Assembly (NCBI GenBank): GCA_947628965.1
Contig: CANRBV010000002.1
Span: 16,247-80,246, forward strand
Length of the DNA stretch: 64,000 bases
From: an uncultured Bacilli bacterium
GTDB lineage: Bacteria; Bacillota_I; Bacilli_A; RF39; UBA660
Direction: 5' to 3'
The notes below the pieces were generated by a model. The model worked only from the letters and a program-made list of their open reading frames with translations. It was not told where the DNA came from and made no database searches. Made by a program: the position numbers and the translations under genes. Shown here one piece after another: positions 1-9,932 of the stretch (positions within the stretch are counted from its first letter, which is position 1; every line of letters begins with the position of its first letter).

Positions 1-617
1 AACCATTAAAAGTTGTTTAAATATTTGAGGGCTTTGAGGTAAGGCATAAAAAGATCCTTTATTTACACGAGAAGGTACGATATAGTCTCTTGCTCCTTCT
101 GGTGTTGATTTACATAGAATTGGTGTTTCAATTTCTAAAAATTCATGATTATTTAAATATTCTCTAGCTGCTGATGTAATTAAATGACGTGTTTTAATTG
201 TTTTTTGTAACTTTTCTCTTCGAAGATCTAGATAACGATATTTAAGTCCAATATTTTCACTAATTTCCCTATCTTCATAAACGTTAAAAGGAAGAGGATC
301 TGCTTCACTTAAAATTTCTAGATTTTCGACCATTAACTCAACCTCTCCAGTAGGAATTTTAGGGTTAATCATATCGTCTGTTCGAGCAATTAACTTACCA
401 CTTACTTTAATACAGTACTCATTTTTAAGGCTTTCTGCTAGAGAAAAGTCATCTTTTAAGAAGCGACGATTAAAAACAACTTGTAAAAAACCAGAACGAT
501 CTCTTAGATCAACGAAGATAACGCCACCCATATCACGTCTTTTATTGACCCAGCCATAGACGGTATATTCTTTATCTATATCCTTTTTTCTAAATTCTCC
601 ATTATTATATAGTTTCA
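1..617 (-). CDS. aspS: aspartate--tRNA ligase, N-terminal ~205 aa; the rest of the gene lies beyond the window start
   Basis: Reverse-strand ORF that runs off the window edge and is absent from the track. Translation MKLYNNGEFRKKDIDKEYTVYGWVNKRRDMGGVIFVDLRDRSGF...GARDYIVPSRV...FYALPQSPQIFKQLLM matches the AspRS anticodon-binding OB fold plus class IIb motif 1. ATG at 615-617 with GGAAAGAAAGG upstream. Confidence 0.8.
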
Positions 618-741
618 TTTTTTTCTTTCCTTTCTTTTTCTATGATTTCATTTATTTTGTTTATTTGTTTATCACTAAATAAACCTTTTAAATAATTTCC
701 CTTTTTAATAAAGTAGTCAGCGATAAATCCATGCGTACTAC

Positions 742-2106
742 CTAGTACTCACAATTTCCTGGTGTTCTTGGATAAGGAATGACATCGCGGATATTTTCAA
801 CACCTGTTAGATAGATTAATAATCGCTCAAATCCCATACCAAAACCAGAATGAACACAAGTACCATATTTTCTTAAATTTAGGTACCAATCTAAACTTTT
901 GGTATCCATTTTTAATTCGTTCATACGAGAAAGTAGTTTTTCGTAATCTTCTTCTCTTTGGCTACCACCCATTAATTCTCCTGCCCCTGGAACCTCTAAA
1001 TCCACAGCGGCAACGGTTTTGCCATCACTATTTTGTTTCATATAGAAAGCTTTAATTTCTTTTGGCCAGTTTTTAATGAAGACTGGACCATTAAAGTATT
1101 CCGTAATGTATTTTTCATGCTCTTTGGCGATATCTCCACCATAAGTTGGTACAAAATCCCATTTAATATCTGCTTTTTGGAGTAATTCTATAACATCTTT
1201 ATAATCAATTCTGGTAAATTTTGCGGTAACGAGTTTATTTAGTTTTTCAAGTAAACCTTCCTCGACAAATTGATTGAAGAAAGCCATTTCTTCTTTGCAA
1301 TGCTCTAAACAATAGGAAACAACATATTTTAACATATCTTCCATAATATCCATGTCGCCTTCTAAATCGCAGAAACACATTTCAGGTTCAATCATCCAAA
1401 ATTCAGCGGCATGAGTTTTAGTGTTTGAGTTTTCTGCACGGAAAGTTGGACCAAAGGTATAGGTCTTTTTATAAGCAGTTGCAAACGTTTCAGCTTCTAG
1501 TTGACCACTTACGGTTAAATTGGTCATTTTGCCAAAGAAATCTTTGGTGTAATCAGGACTTTCTTTTATTTTATCTATTGGAAGAGTCGTGACTTGGAAC
1601 ATTTCTCCTGCTCCTTCGCAATCACTTGCGGTAATTAATGGAGCATGAAAATAAACAAATCCTCTTTCTTGAAAATAGTTGTGTATGGCGTATGCTGCAA
1701 CGCTTCTGATGCGAAAAACAGCTTGAAAAAGATTCGTACGAGGGCGAAGATAAGCCATTTCTCTTAAAAATTCTCTTGTGTGTCTTTTGGGTTGGATTGG
1801 ATAATCTTCAGGACAAGAGCCTAGTACAACAATTTCTATTGCTTTTGCCTCATAGTCTTGTTTTCCATTAGAAGGAACTAATATTCCTTTAATATGAAGG
1901 GCGCTTCCTACTAAAATTTTACTTATTTCATTAAAATTAGCTAAAGTAGTATCATAAACAATTTGTAAATGTTGAAAACAAGTTCCATCACTAAAATCAA
2001 TAAATCCAAAATCTTTTTGACGACGATGATTACGTACCCAACCATCAAGTTCAATTTCTTTATTTTCTAATTCTTTTGCTTTTACAAACAATTCTTTTAA
2101 GTCCAT
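742..2106 (-). CDS. asnS: asparagine--tRNA ligase
   Basis: 454 aa with TFGPTFRAENSNTKTHAAEFWMIEPE, GAGEMFQV and HSGFGMGFERL, all typical AsnRS class IIb signatures. Confidence 0.9.
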   Translation of the reverse strand: MDLKELFVKAKELENKEIELDGWVRNHRRQKDFGFIDFSDGTCFQHLQIVYDTTLANFNEISKILVGSALHIKGILVPSNGKQDYEAKAIEIVVLGSCPEDYPIQPKRHTREFLREMAYLRPRTNLFQAVFRIRSVAAYAIHNYFQERGFVYFHAPLITASDCEGAGEMFQVTTLPIDKIKESPDYTKDFFGKMTNLTVSGQLEAETFATAYKKTYTFGPTFRAENSNTKTHAAEFWMIEPEMCFCDLEGDMDIMEDMLKYVVSYCLEHCKEEMAFFNQFVEEGLLEKLNKLVTAKFTRIDYKDVIELLQKADIKWDFVPTYGGDIAKEHEKYITEYFNGPVFIKNWPKEIKAFYMKQNSDGKTVAAVDLEVPGAGELMGGSQREEDYEKLLSRMNELKMDTKSLDWYLNLRKYGTCVHSGFGMGFERLLIYLTGVENIRDVIPYPRTPGNCEY

Positions 2107-2115
2107 ACTATTCTC

Positions 2116-3369
2116 CTATCTAGATACAATATAATCAATGATTTCATTTTCATCGACTTTCTCTTCTTCTTTTGTTAAATTGTCTTTTACAGTAATTAAA
2201 CCTTTCTTTAAATCTTCACTATTTAAAAGTATTAAAAGTTGCGCGTTGTTGCGGTCTGCTTCTTTAAATTGACTTTTCAAGCTTCTTCCTGTTGTATCAT
2301 AATCAACGCTTATTCCACTTAAACGAAGATCTTGGGCAAGCATTAAAGCTTTCATTTTTTCTTCTTCATTTACATATAAGATGTAGCAATCAAGTGCTCT
2401 TTTTTCTGTTTCTTCGAACTCATCCATCGCAAGCATAACTCTTTCTAGTCCGCATGCAAAACCAATACATGGAGTTGATGGACCACCTAGAGTTTCTACT
2501 AAATCGTTATAACGCCCACCAGCTGCGATGGTACTTGCTCCACCTAAAACATTGGCATCGCTTTCAATTTCAAATACGGTATAATCGTAGTAATCTAGGC
2601 CACGTACTAAATGCGAATCGATTTCATAATCAACATCTAAAAATTCTAAATATTTTAATACTTTATTAAAACGGTTTTTGGATTCTTCCGTCTGATAGTC
2701 TAAAATATTTGGTACATTTTTTAAAATTTCGGAATCACGATCGACTTTACAATCTAAAATCCGTAATGGGTTGGTTTCAAATCTTTTTTTACAATCGCTA
2801 CATAACTCGTTTAAGTGTGGTTTTAAATATTCTTTTAAAGCGATTTTATACTTTTCTCTATCTTCTTTAGAGCCAAGGCTATTGATACGTACATTTAAAT
2901 CTTTAAACCCAAGTTCTAAAAACATGTGATAAGGCATAGAAATAACCTCGGCGTCTATAGCAGGATCATTACTCCCTAATACCTCTACACCAAATTGGGT
3001 AAATTCACGATTCCTTCCATTTCCTGGTCTTTCATAACGATACATCGTGCCATTATAATAAAGTTTTCTTGGCATATTAGAACCATACATTTTATTTTCA
3101 ATAAAGCTTCTAACGACTCCTGCTGTACCTTCTGGTCGTAGTGTTAAATCTCTTTCGCTTCTATCTTTAAAATCATACGTTTCCTTGGTTACGATATCCG
3201 TTTCTTCTCCAACCGTTCTATGAAATAATTCACGTGCTTCAAAGATTGGCGTACGAATATAATCGTAATTATAAAATTCACAAGTATACTCAATTAAGCG
3301 ATTAATCTTTTGTAATTTTAAGGCTTCCTTATCAATTACATCATATGTTCCTTTTGGTTTTGTTATCAT
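2116..3369 (-). CDS. hisS: histidine--tRNA ligase
   Basis: Class IIa HisRS motifs (RPEGTAGVVR, RYERPGNGRNREFTQFG, GGRYD). The track start at 3387 reads through the RBS; ATG at 3367-3369 is preceded by GGAGGAG 5 nt upstream. Confidence 0.9.
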   Translation of the reverse strand: MITKPKGTYDVIDKEALKLQKINRLIEYTCEFYNYDYIRTPIFEARELFHRTVGEETDIVTKETYDFKDRSERDLTLRPEGTAGVVRSFIENKMYGSNMPRKLYYNGTMYRYERPGNGRNREFTQFGVEVLGSNDPAIDAEVISMPYHMFLELGFKDLNVRINSLGSKEDREKYKIALKEYLKPHLNELCSDCKKRFETNPLRILDCKVDRDSEILKNVPNILDYQTEESKNRFNKVLKYLEFLDVDYEIDSHLVRGLDYYDYTVFEIESDANVLGGASTIAAGGRYNDLVETLGGPSTPCIGFACGLERVMLAMDEFEETEKRALDCYILYVNEEEKMKALMLAQDLRLSGISVDYDTTGRSLKSQFKEADRNNAQLLILLNSEDLKKGLITVKDNLTKEEEKVDENEIIDYIVSR

Positions 3370-3394
3370 TTTTCTCCTCCTAAACATAAAAAAA

Positions 3395-3605
3395 CCTAAT
3401 AAACGTAAGGACGAGATCTTCCCGCGGTGCCACCTTACTTTACTAGGTACTCTTCATTTATTTATCACGAAATTTATCGCGTTCTACGTATACTTAAAGT
3501 TGTCTTTTCAAAAAATGTTCTTTAGGCATTTTCAGCAGGTAAGCCCTCTCTTTTAAAGAATTGATTTTTTTACTTTTTCTTTAACGCAGAAATTTAATAT
3601 AGTCT
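3395..3605 (-). promoter_or_regulatory. T-box riboswitch leader upstream of the hisS-asnS-aspS operon
   Basis: Minus-strand AAGGTGGCACCGCGG at 3420-3436 matches the conserved T-box core (GGGTGGNACCGCGG). It is followed by a GTAAGG/CCTTAC stem and a U-run (3388-3398 region) immediately before the hisS RBS. An AGAGAG box lies in the 5' part of the leader. Confidence 0.65.
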
Positions 3606-3606
3606 T

Positions 3607-3635
3607 ATTTTATTACGAATTTAGTGGTAAGTCAA
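3607..3635 (-). promoter_or_regulatory. putative sigma-A promoter driving the T-box leader (TTGACT-17-TAAAAT)
   Basis: Minus-strand hexamers with 17-nt spacing, located about 200 nt upstream of the T-box core. Confidence 0.35.
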
Positions 3636-3677
3636 CTAAATATTTTGTAACAATTTCGTAATGATCTTATACTTTTA

Positions 3678-4526
3678 TTATTTTAAACTTAATTTTCTTA
3701 CATATGGTTTTAATTCAGTCAGTACACTATCTTCATTTTCATATCTTGTATTTGCCATATTCATAATTTTTTTTAATATTTCTGAATCAATAATTTCCGT
3801 ATAAATTTTGCTATAACGAATTTTATCATTACATAATCCTTGTTGAATTGCAAAACTTGCGTTTTTTAATTTAACATTTGATACTTTATTATCTTTTAAT
3901 GTCCTATATTCATTAAAATACATAGGATTTTCATAATAATAACGTCCATCTCCATGTGTTTCACTATGTTGCATAAATGAAATGTCCCCATCCGTTAGTA
4001 ACTCGAAACTTAACAAATCTGTTAAACTTTTACCATGAACTAAAGTATAAGTTTGATTAGGATTCGCACCATAAATATATATTGGATATTTACTTTGTTG
4101 CTCTATCTTTTTTCGTATACTTAATTCTTCTGCCATTTTTCTTATTTTTATTTTTCCATCTTCACTTAAATTTTGTTCATAATAAGATAAATCCATATTT
4201 GGATTATAGCTTAAATTTAATAGCTCGCAACGCATCGAATCCCAAAAAATATTGCCACTAAAAAATTTTTCTTGGTATAATCCGTTATGAATATCAACTT
4301 GACGATCTATACCATCTCTAGTTAAACAAATATCTTGGAATAATTCTTTATAGTTTTGATTTTTATAGTAATAATATAATTTTTGAGTTAATTGTTGCTC
4401 ACTAATTTGATAAATACCATTTTTACAAAGTAATGATAAAAGAACTGCTACAAAGTCATGTTCAGTAAAACTTGGGTTATAAAACATTTCTAAATATTTT
4501 TGTGTATCTTTATTTAATTTTGACAT
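3678..4526 (-). CDS. hypothetical protein (282 aa)
   Basis: Long ORF between the T-box promoter and murE; no family recognised. Confidence 0.5.
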   Translation of the reverse strand: MSKLNKDTQKYLEMFYNPSFTEHDFVAVLLSLLCKNGIYQISEQQLTQKLYYYYKNQNYKELFQDICLTRDGIDRQVDIHNGLYQEKFFSGNIFWDSMRCELLNLSYNPNMDLSYYEQNLSEDGKIKIRKMAEELSIRKKIEQQSKYPIYIYGANPNQTYTLVHGKSLTDLLSFELLTDGDISFMQHSETHGDGRYYYENPMYFNEYRTLKDNKVSNVKLKNASFAIQQGLCNDKIRYSKIYTEIIDSEILKKIMNMANTRYENEDSVLTELKPYVRKLSLK

Positions 4527-4653
4527 ACTATACCTCTCAAATTTTTTAATTTTTTATTTATTATACGATCAATATATAAAAATGACAAGCACTTTTGTTT
4601 TTCCCTTTATTTAATTGTATCTTTATAGTTGATTCATTATCTTAAATAGGAAT

Positions 4654-6030
4654 TCAGCAATCTTTAATGCTTTCTAAAACGATTTCTTTATCACTAAAAT
4701 GTTGCTTTTCTGTACCAATAATTTGGTAATCTTCATGCCCTTTTCCTAAAATCATTAAAATATCATTTTCTTGTAATAAAGAAATTCCCTTTTGGATGGC
4801 TTCTTTTCGATTATAAAGAATTTCATGATTCTCTTTTTTAACGCCACTTAATATGTCTTCCATAATTTGGGTTTCTGCTTCTGTTCTAGGGTTATCATTC
4901 GTAAAAATTACATAGTCGGAATTTTCTTCAGCAATATGTCCCATAATAGGTCTTTTGGTTCGATCACGATCTCCTCCGCAACCGATAATGGTAATAATTC
5001 TTCCTTTTTTATATTCTAAAGCACTTTTTAAAACATTTTCTACAGCATCAGGAGTATGGGCATAATCAATGAAAATGCTATTGGTTTTGTATGTTAGTTT
5101 TTCCATTCTTCCACTTGGTGCTTCTAAAACATTACTTAAACTTAAAATGTTTTCCAAAGAAAATCCCATTTTATGTACTAAAAATACAGCGGTTAAATAG
5201 TTATAGACATTGTATCTTCCGACCATTTTAATTGAGGTTTCATAGTTTTTTTCTTGATAAGTAAACTGAATCTTTGTATCATTATGACTAAATGTTAAGT
5301 CGTTGATTACAATAGAATTGGTTGGATGAATACCTATTAAAAGATTGTTATTTTCTTTTAATAAAAACTCTTTAACATACGGATCATCTCCATTTAAGAT
5401 AGCAACTTTTTGATTTCTTGTTTTTAGAAATAATTTTTTCTTGGCATTACAATAATTTTCCATTGTTTTATGATAATCCAAGTGATCTTGTGTTAAGTTA
5501 GTGAAAGCAACCTCATCAAAGGTAAGTCCATAAATACGATTTTTATCTAAAGCATGGCTACTAACCTCCATTACGATGCTATCACATCCAGCCTCTTTCG
5601 CTTCAAGTAACATTTCATATAATAAATCAACATCAGGTGTGGTGTTATTTAAAACTTTTTTAGTGTCTTTATAATAAAAACCAATTGTTCCTATATAAGC
5701 TGGTGTTTTGCCTAGTTTTTGAAGCATTTGATAAACTAAAAAGCATGTGGTTGTTTTGCCGTTGGTTCCTGTAACACCAATAAACGTCATATCTTCTATT
5801 TTCGGATAATAATGGGTATACAAATACTCATTTAAATATTGTCTTGTGTCTGGTACTAGTTCAGTTTCAACCGAAAAATTACCTTCCTCACAAATAATTT
5901 TAGAGGCTCCATTTTCAATGGCATTTTTTATATAATCGTGACCATCACGTGTTACATTACGTATAGCAATAAAAGTATCCCCAGGTTTTACTTTTCGAGA
6001 ATCTGTTTTTAAATTTATCATATATTTCAC
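4654..6030 (-). CDS. murE: UDP-N-acetylmuramoyl-L-alanyl-D-glutamate--2,6-diaminopimelate (or L-lysine) ligase
   Basis: Mur ligase motifs GVTGTNGKTTT, DSRKVKPGDTFIAI and C-terminal ILGKGHE. Confidence 0.85.
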   Translation of the reverse strand: MKYMINLKTDSRKVKPGDTFIAIRNVTRDGHDYIKNAIENGASKIICEEGNFSVETELVPDTRQYLNEYLYTHYYPKIEDMTFIGVTGTNGKTTTCFLVYQMLQKLGKTPAYIGTIGFYYKDTKKVLNNTTPDVDLLYEMLLEAKEAGCDSIVMEVSSHALDKNRIYGLTFDEVAFTNLTQDHLDYHKTMENYCNAKKKLFLKTRNQKVAILNGDDPYVKEFLLKENNNLLIGIHPTNSIVINDLTFSHNDTKIQFTYQEKNYETSIKMVGRYNVYNYLTAVFLVHKMGFSLENILSLSNVLEAPSGRMEKLTYKTNSIFIDYAHTPDAVENVLKSALEYKKGRIITIIGCGGDRDRTKRPIMGHIAEENSDYVIFTNDNPRTEAETQIMEDILSGVKKENHEILYNRKEAIQKGISLLQENDILMILGKGHEDYQIIGTEKQHFSDKEIVLESIKDC

Positions 6031-6115
6031 CTATTAGTAGTATAGCACAGAAATTAAAAAAGGTGTAAATATTACCTCTTTTAGCCTTTTAATTCATATC
6101 TTCCAAATGTTCTTT

Positions 6116-6952
6116 TTACATTCCATATTTTTTATTAAATTTTTCAATTTGTGAAAGACGCTTTTCTTTTTTTAAAATAGGAGTATCTGTAATTTCTTTT
6201 TTAGCATTTATATCTGTATAACCAATATGTCCATTATGTTGACATGGATATATCGTAATAATTTCATTTGTAGGATTAAGAGCAATTATTCGAAAATAAT
6301 CTAAATTTTCACCTTCTTTACTCTTTCCACAAGCATCATATTTAAAAAAAGCATAATAACAAGAAATAGAACGATAAATAGCATGAGTTGTAGGGAGCAT
6401 TGGTTTTATTTGTTCCAAAACCTCATAAATAGGAAAATCTTCATTAAATTTAGAAATGTAAGGAATAGATGATGTATACAAATGTTTTTGAATATGTTTT
6501 ATAAAACGGTTTTCTTGATAATCTATAATTTGTTGCATCATATAACCATTATGTATAAAATTATTGTATTTTTTATCATGATTCCATTTTAAAATAGACA
6601 CTAAATCTATTTCATCTAGATGTTCTAAATCTATTTTTTCTAATAATTCATACGCCGTTTTAAAATCTTTTTCTATAAATTTTAATTTAATTAAAAGCGT
6701 GTGATAAAAATGGAATCCTACTCGATTAAAATTACTCATATTTTTCATATCTTCAAAAAAACGTTCCGCTTCTTCAAATTTGCCTATTTTTATTAATAAA
6801 TCTACATAATAAATATAAGCTATTGCATCTTCAGGATAATTTTGAAAATATAATTGAAATCCTTTTAATGCTTTTTCGTAATTTTCATTATTTAAATATT
6901 CTTTTATTTTTTCTAAATGTTCTTGACTATAATATTCTTTTCTTTGCTTCAC
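6116..6952 (-). CDS. TPR-like repeat hypothetical protein
   Basis: 278-aa helical-repeat-like ORF with AIAYIYYVDLL and KFEEAERFF motifs; function unknown. Confidence 0.45.
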   Translation of the reverse strand: MKQRKEYYSQEHLEKIKEYLNNENYEKALKGFQLYFQNYPEDAIAYIYYVDLLIKIGKFEEAERFFEDMKNMSNFNRVGFHFYHTLLIKLKFIEKDFKTAYELLEKIDLEHLDEIDLVSILKWNHDKKYNNFIHNGYMMQQIIDYQENRFIKHIQKHLYTSSIPYISKFNEDFPIYEVLEQIKPMLPTTHAIYRSISCYYAFFKYDACGKSKEGENLDYFRIIALNPTNEIITIYPCQHNGHIGYTDINAKKEITDTPILKKEKRLSQIEKFNKKYGM

Positions 6953-6972
6953 AAAAAATCCTTTCTACCCCT

Positions 6973-7416
6973 TTATTTTTCTTTAGAATCAAGCAAAATG
7001 GTTACGGGTCCATCGTTTATTATATTTACTTGCATATCACTGCCAAAAATTCCCGTTTGTACATTTATATACTTACTTAATTCTTCATTAAAAGCATCAT
7101 ATAATTTTATTGCCCTAGCACCATTCATAGCTTTTAAATAACTTGGTCTGTTTCCTTTTTTAGTATCTGCATATAAAGTAAATTGGCTAATGGAAAGAAT
7201 AGATCCCCCAACTTCTAAAATACTTTTATTCATAATACCTTTTTCATCGTTAAATATTCTTAAATTTAAAATTTTGCGAACTAAATATTCTATATCTTTT
7301 AAAGTATCACCTTCTGTAAAACAAACAAAGAGGACAAAGCCAAAGGGAATGGAAGAATAAAGTTTTTCTTGAATAGAGACATGACTCTCTTTGCTTCTTT
7401 GAATTAAAACACGCAT
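6973..7416 (-). CDS. dtd: D-aminoacyl-tRNA deacylase
   Basis: 147 aa with MRVLIQR N-terminus and SQFTLYAD motif; lies immediately downstream of relA as in Bacillus. Confidence 0.85.
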   Translation of the reverse strand: MRVLIQRSKESHVSIQEKLYSSIPFGFVLFVCFTEGDTLKDIEYLVRKILNLRIFNDEKGIMNKSILEVGGSILSISQFTLYADTKKGNRPSYLKAMNGARAIKLYDAFNEELSKYINVQTGIFGSDMQVNIINDGPVTILLDSKEK

Positions 7417-9560
7417 TATCTCTTACCTGCTTTCTTTACAAAAGATAAAGAATATAAGCTATCTATAAAATCCTTTAATTCATTACTATTTTTTACTTTA
7501 ATTGTTAAATTGTATATAGTATTTTCATTCGTATCATTTGTCGTGAAAGACACAACATTTATATTTTTAATAGAAGCTTTATTAATAATATCTGTGACAT
7601 AATTTTTATCATTCATTGTTTCAATATAAATATCTGTATAATATTCATTTTCTGAATTATCACTCCAAGAAACAGGGATTAAACGTTCCTTTTTATCCAA
7701 AATATTTGGACAATCAACATTATGAACAGATATCCCTGATCCCTTTGTGATGTAGCCGATAATCTTATCGCCTTTAACAGGTTTACAACATTTGGCAAGA
7801 GTAACTAGTATATCATTGTATTCTCCAACAATAATATCATTTTTATTGCTTGTTCTAGGAATACGATTCTTATTGCTAACTTTTTCAATTAAGGCATCGG
7901 TAACAGTATGCTTTTCTTCTGTAGATAATTTTATAATATAGCCAGCTGTATAGCGAAAAGAACCAATAGCTAAATAAATATCATCCATTTCTTGCATTTT
8001 CAAATCTTTTAAAATTTTAGTAATTTTTTCTTCGCTAAAAATTTCATTAAACGATAATTTTTGTTTTCGAAGTTCTCTTTCTAAAATATTTTTACCATTT
8101 TCAATATAATCAATTCGATCTTGCTTGCTAAAATAAGATTTTATTTTACTTTTAGCAGCGGTCGTTTTTACAAAATCTAACCATTCTTTACTAGGAGTAG
8201 AATTTTTATTCGTGTTAATTTTAATAACATCATTATCTTTTAATTCATAAGATAATGGAACAATTTCATCATTTACAATAGCACCTACTGTGGTATCTCC
8301 AACACGAGAATGGATGCGATAAGCAAAATCTACTGGAGTTGAGCCTTTTGGAAGCTCTACAACATCTCCTTTTGGAGTAAATACATAAATTAGATCCCCT
8401 AAAATATCGGTATTAACATTCGTTGCAAAATCAAGATCGCTCGTAGTTTCTTTATAGGTATCAATCATATTGCGAAACATTTCTAATTTTTGTTCCATCA
8501 TCGTTTGAATTTTTTTGGTTCCTTGTTCTTTATAAGACCAATGAGAAGCAATTCCTTTTTCTGCAATTTCATCCATTTCATGTGTTCTTACTTGAATTTC
8601 AAAAATTTTACCATCAATTCCGAAAACACCTGTATGTAAACTTTGATACATATTTTCTTTTGGCATGGCTATATAGTCCTTAAATCTTTTGGGAAGCGGA
8701 TGAAATTTAGAATGAATTAAACCAATAGTTAAATAGCAATCACTTTCTTTTTCTACTATAATTCTTAAAGCTAAAATATCATAAATTTCGCTCCATTTTT
8801 TGCCTTTACTTAATTTTTTATAAATACTATAAACACTTTTTACCCGACTTTTAATTTTAAATTTAATACCATGTTCCATCAAAATTTCAGAAATACTTTC
8901 TTGCATAGCATCTAAAACTTCTTTTAATTCATCAATAGAAGCATCAAGTTGCTTTAAAATATCTTGATAGACATCGTTTTTTAAGTATTTTAGACATAAA
9001 TCCTCTAATTCGCTTTTCATAGAATAAATTCCTAAGCGATGGGCAATTGGAATTAAAACATTCATTGTTTCATTGGCTTTTTTCTTTTGTTTTTCTGGAT
9101 TTACAGCCCAAATGGTACGCATATTATGCAAACGATCGGCAAGTTTAATAAATAGTACACGCACATCTTCCGCAAGTCCGACAAGTACTTTTCTTAAATA
9201 AATAGCACTTGATTCTTTATCATCGGGTAATTCTAAACGATTAATTGTACTAATACTTTTAACAATTTTTGTTATCTCATGGCCAAAATTTTCTTCTAAT
9301 TCTTCTTCGGTTGTTTCAGCATTATTAATAACTTCATGTAATAAAGCAGCCATAATAGTTATTTTATCTACATTTAAATCACTTAAAATTAGTGCTACAT
9401 TTAATGGATGCGTAATATAAGGATCTTTTGTTAGACGGTACATACCTTTGTGTTTTTCATTTGCAAAATCATAAGCTCTTTTAATTTCATTTAAATCATT
9501 CTTTGAAAAATCATTCTTTAATTTTTCAAGCAAATCCTCAATTTTTGGTTCTATATTCAT
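7416..9560 (-). CDS. relA: bifunctional (p)ppGpp synthetase/hydrolase
   Basis: 714 aa with an HD hydrolase domain, a synthetase motif (HTGVFGIDGKIFEIQVRTHEMD) and TGS/ACT regions. Confidence 0.9.
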   Translation of the reverse strand: MNIEPKIEDLLEKLKNDFSKNDLNEIKRAYDFANEKHKGMYRLTKDPYITHPLNVALILSDLNVDKITIMAALLHEVINNAETTEEELEENFGHEITKIVKSISTINRLELPDDKESSAIYLRKVLVGLAEDVRVLFIKLADRLHNMRTIWAVNPEKQKKKANETMNVLIPIAHRLGIYSMKSELEDLCLKYLKNDVYQDILKQLDASIDELKEVLDAMQESISEILMEHGIKFKIKSRVKSVYSIYKKLSKGKKWSEIYDILALRIIVEKESDCYLTIGLIHSKFHPLPKRFKDYIAMPKENMYQSLHTGVFGIDGKIFEIQVRTHEMDEIAEKGIASHWSYKEQGTKKIQTMMEQKLEMFRNMIDTYKETTSDLDFATNVNTDILGDLIYVFTPKGDVVELPKGSTPVDFAYRIHSRVGDTTVGAIVNDEIVPLSYELKDNDVIKINTNKNSTPSKEWLDFVKTTAAKSKIKSYFSKQDRIDYIENGKNILERELRKQKLSFNEIFSEEKITKILKDLKMQEMDDIYLAIGSFRYTAGYIIKLSTEEKHTVTDALIEKVSNKNRIPRTSNKNDIIVGEYNDILVTLAKCCKPVKGDKIIGYITKGSGISVHNVDCPNILDKKERLIPVSWSDNSENEYYTDIYIETMNDKNYVTDIINKASIKNINVVSFTTNDTNENTIYNLTIKVKNSNELKDFIDSLYSLSFVKKAGKR

Positions 9561-9868
9561 AAAATTGTATCCTCTTCATTTATTTGTATTTTCATATCCT
9601 CATCTTCTAAAATATTTGTTTCTAGACGATTTATAGGTGCTAAATAACTTATTAATTCTTTTTCTTCTATATAAAATATATCATTTACAATATCATATAA
9701 AGTTAAATCCAATTCATTACACCATTTCGTATTTTTTAAATAATTCCATAAATCTTTTTCTGTTATAAAAGAATACCCTTTTCCCTTTAATTCTTTTACT
9801 TTTGATTTAAGAGCTGGTGCAATTCTTAAATATAATTCTTTTAGATTCTTAAAATTTTCAGATACCAT
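9557..9868 (-). CDS. ComN-like post-transcriptional regulator (small cytosolic protein)
   Basis: 103-aa ORF; the stretch LKELYLRIAPALKSKVKELKGKGYSF...LWNYLKNTKW resembles Bacillus ComN/YrzD. It is adjacent to a SpoVB-like flippase, as in B. subtilis. Confidence 0.35.
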   Translation of the reverse strand: MVSENFKNLKELYLRIAPALKSKVKELKGKGYSFITEKDLWNYLKNTKWCNELDLTLYDIVNDIFYIEEKELISYLAPINRLETNILEDEDMKIQINEEDTIL

Positions 9869-9932
9869 AATTTACCTCCTAAATCATATATTTATTATAA
9901 AGCATTTTATATTATTTTTAAAGGGGCATATT

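Noticed and set aside
2454-2669. Track ORFs on the opposite strand of, or in alternative frames within, confidently called genes: 2454-2669, 6823-7080, 6917-7141, 10292-10486, 10433-10675, 11575-11811, 13588-13791, 13653-13868, 16355-16675, 16781-17149, 16932-17120, 19918-20169, 22005-22262, 23075-23263, 23221-23430, 23467-23808, 23954-24151, 27473-27688, 30479-30745, 32465-32860, 32574-32792, 33022-33336, 33948-34142, 35812-35994, 40261-40443, 40307-40489, 41562-41762, 42711-42947, 43895-44134, 47130-47327, 47816-48022, 48435-48683, 48658-48954, 49203-49427, 54528-54746, 56669-56908, 57719-57907, 60761-61138, 62812-63012
   Set aside because: Each overlaps a longer ORF that has recognisable family motifs and proper RBS and coupling. 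The short ORFs have low-complexity translations and no RBS, and are typical antisense or off-frame artefacts in AT-rich DNA.
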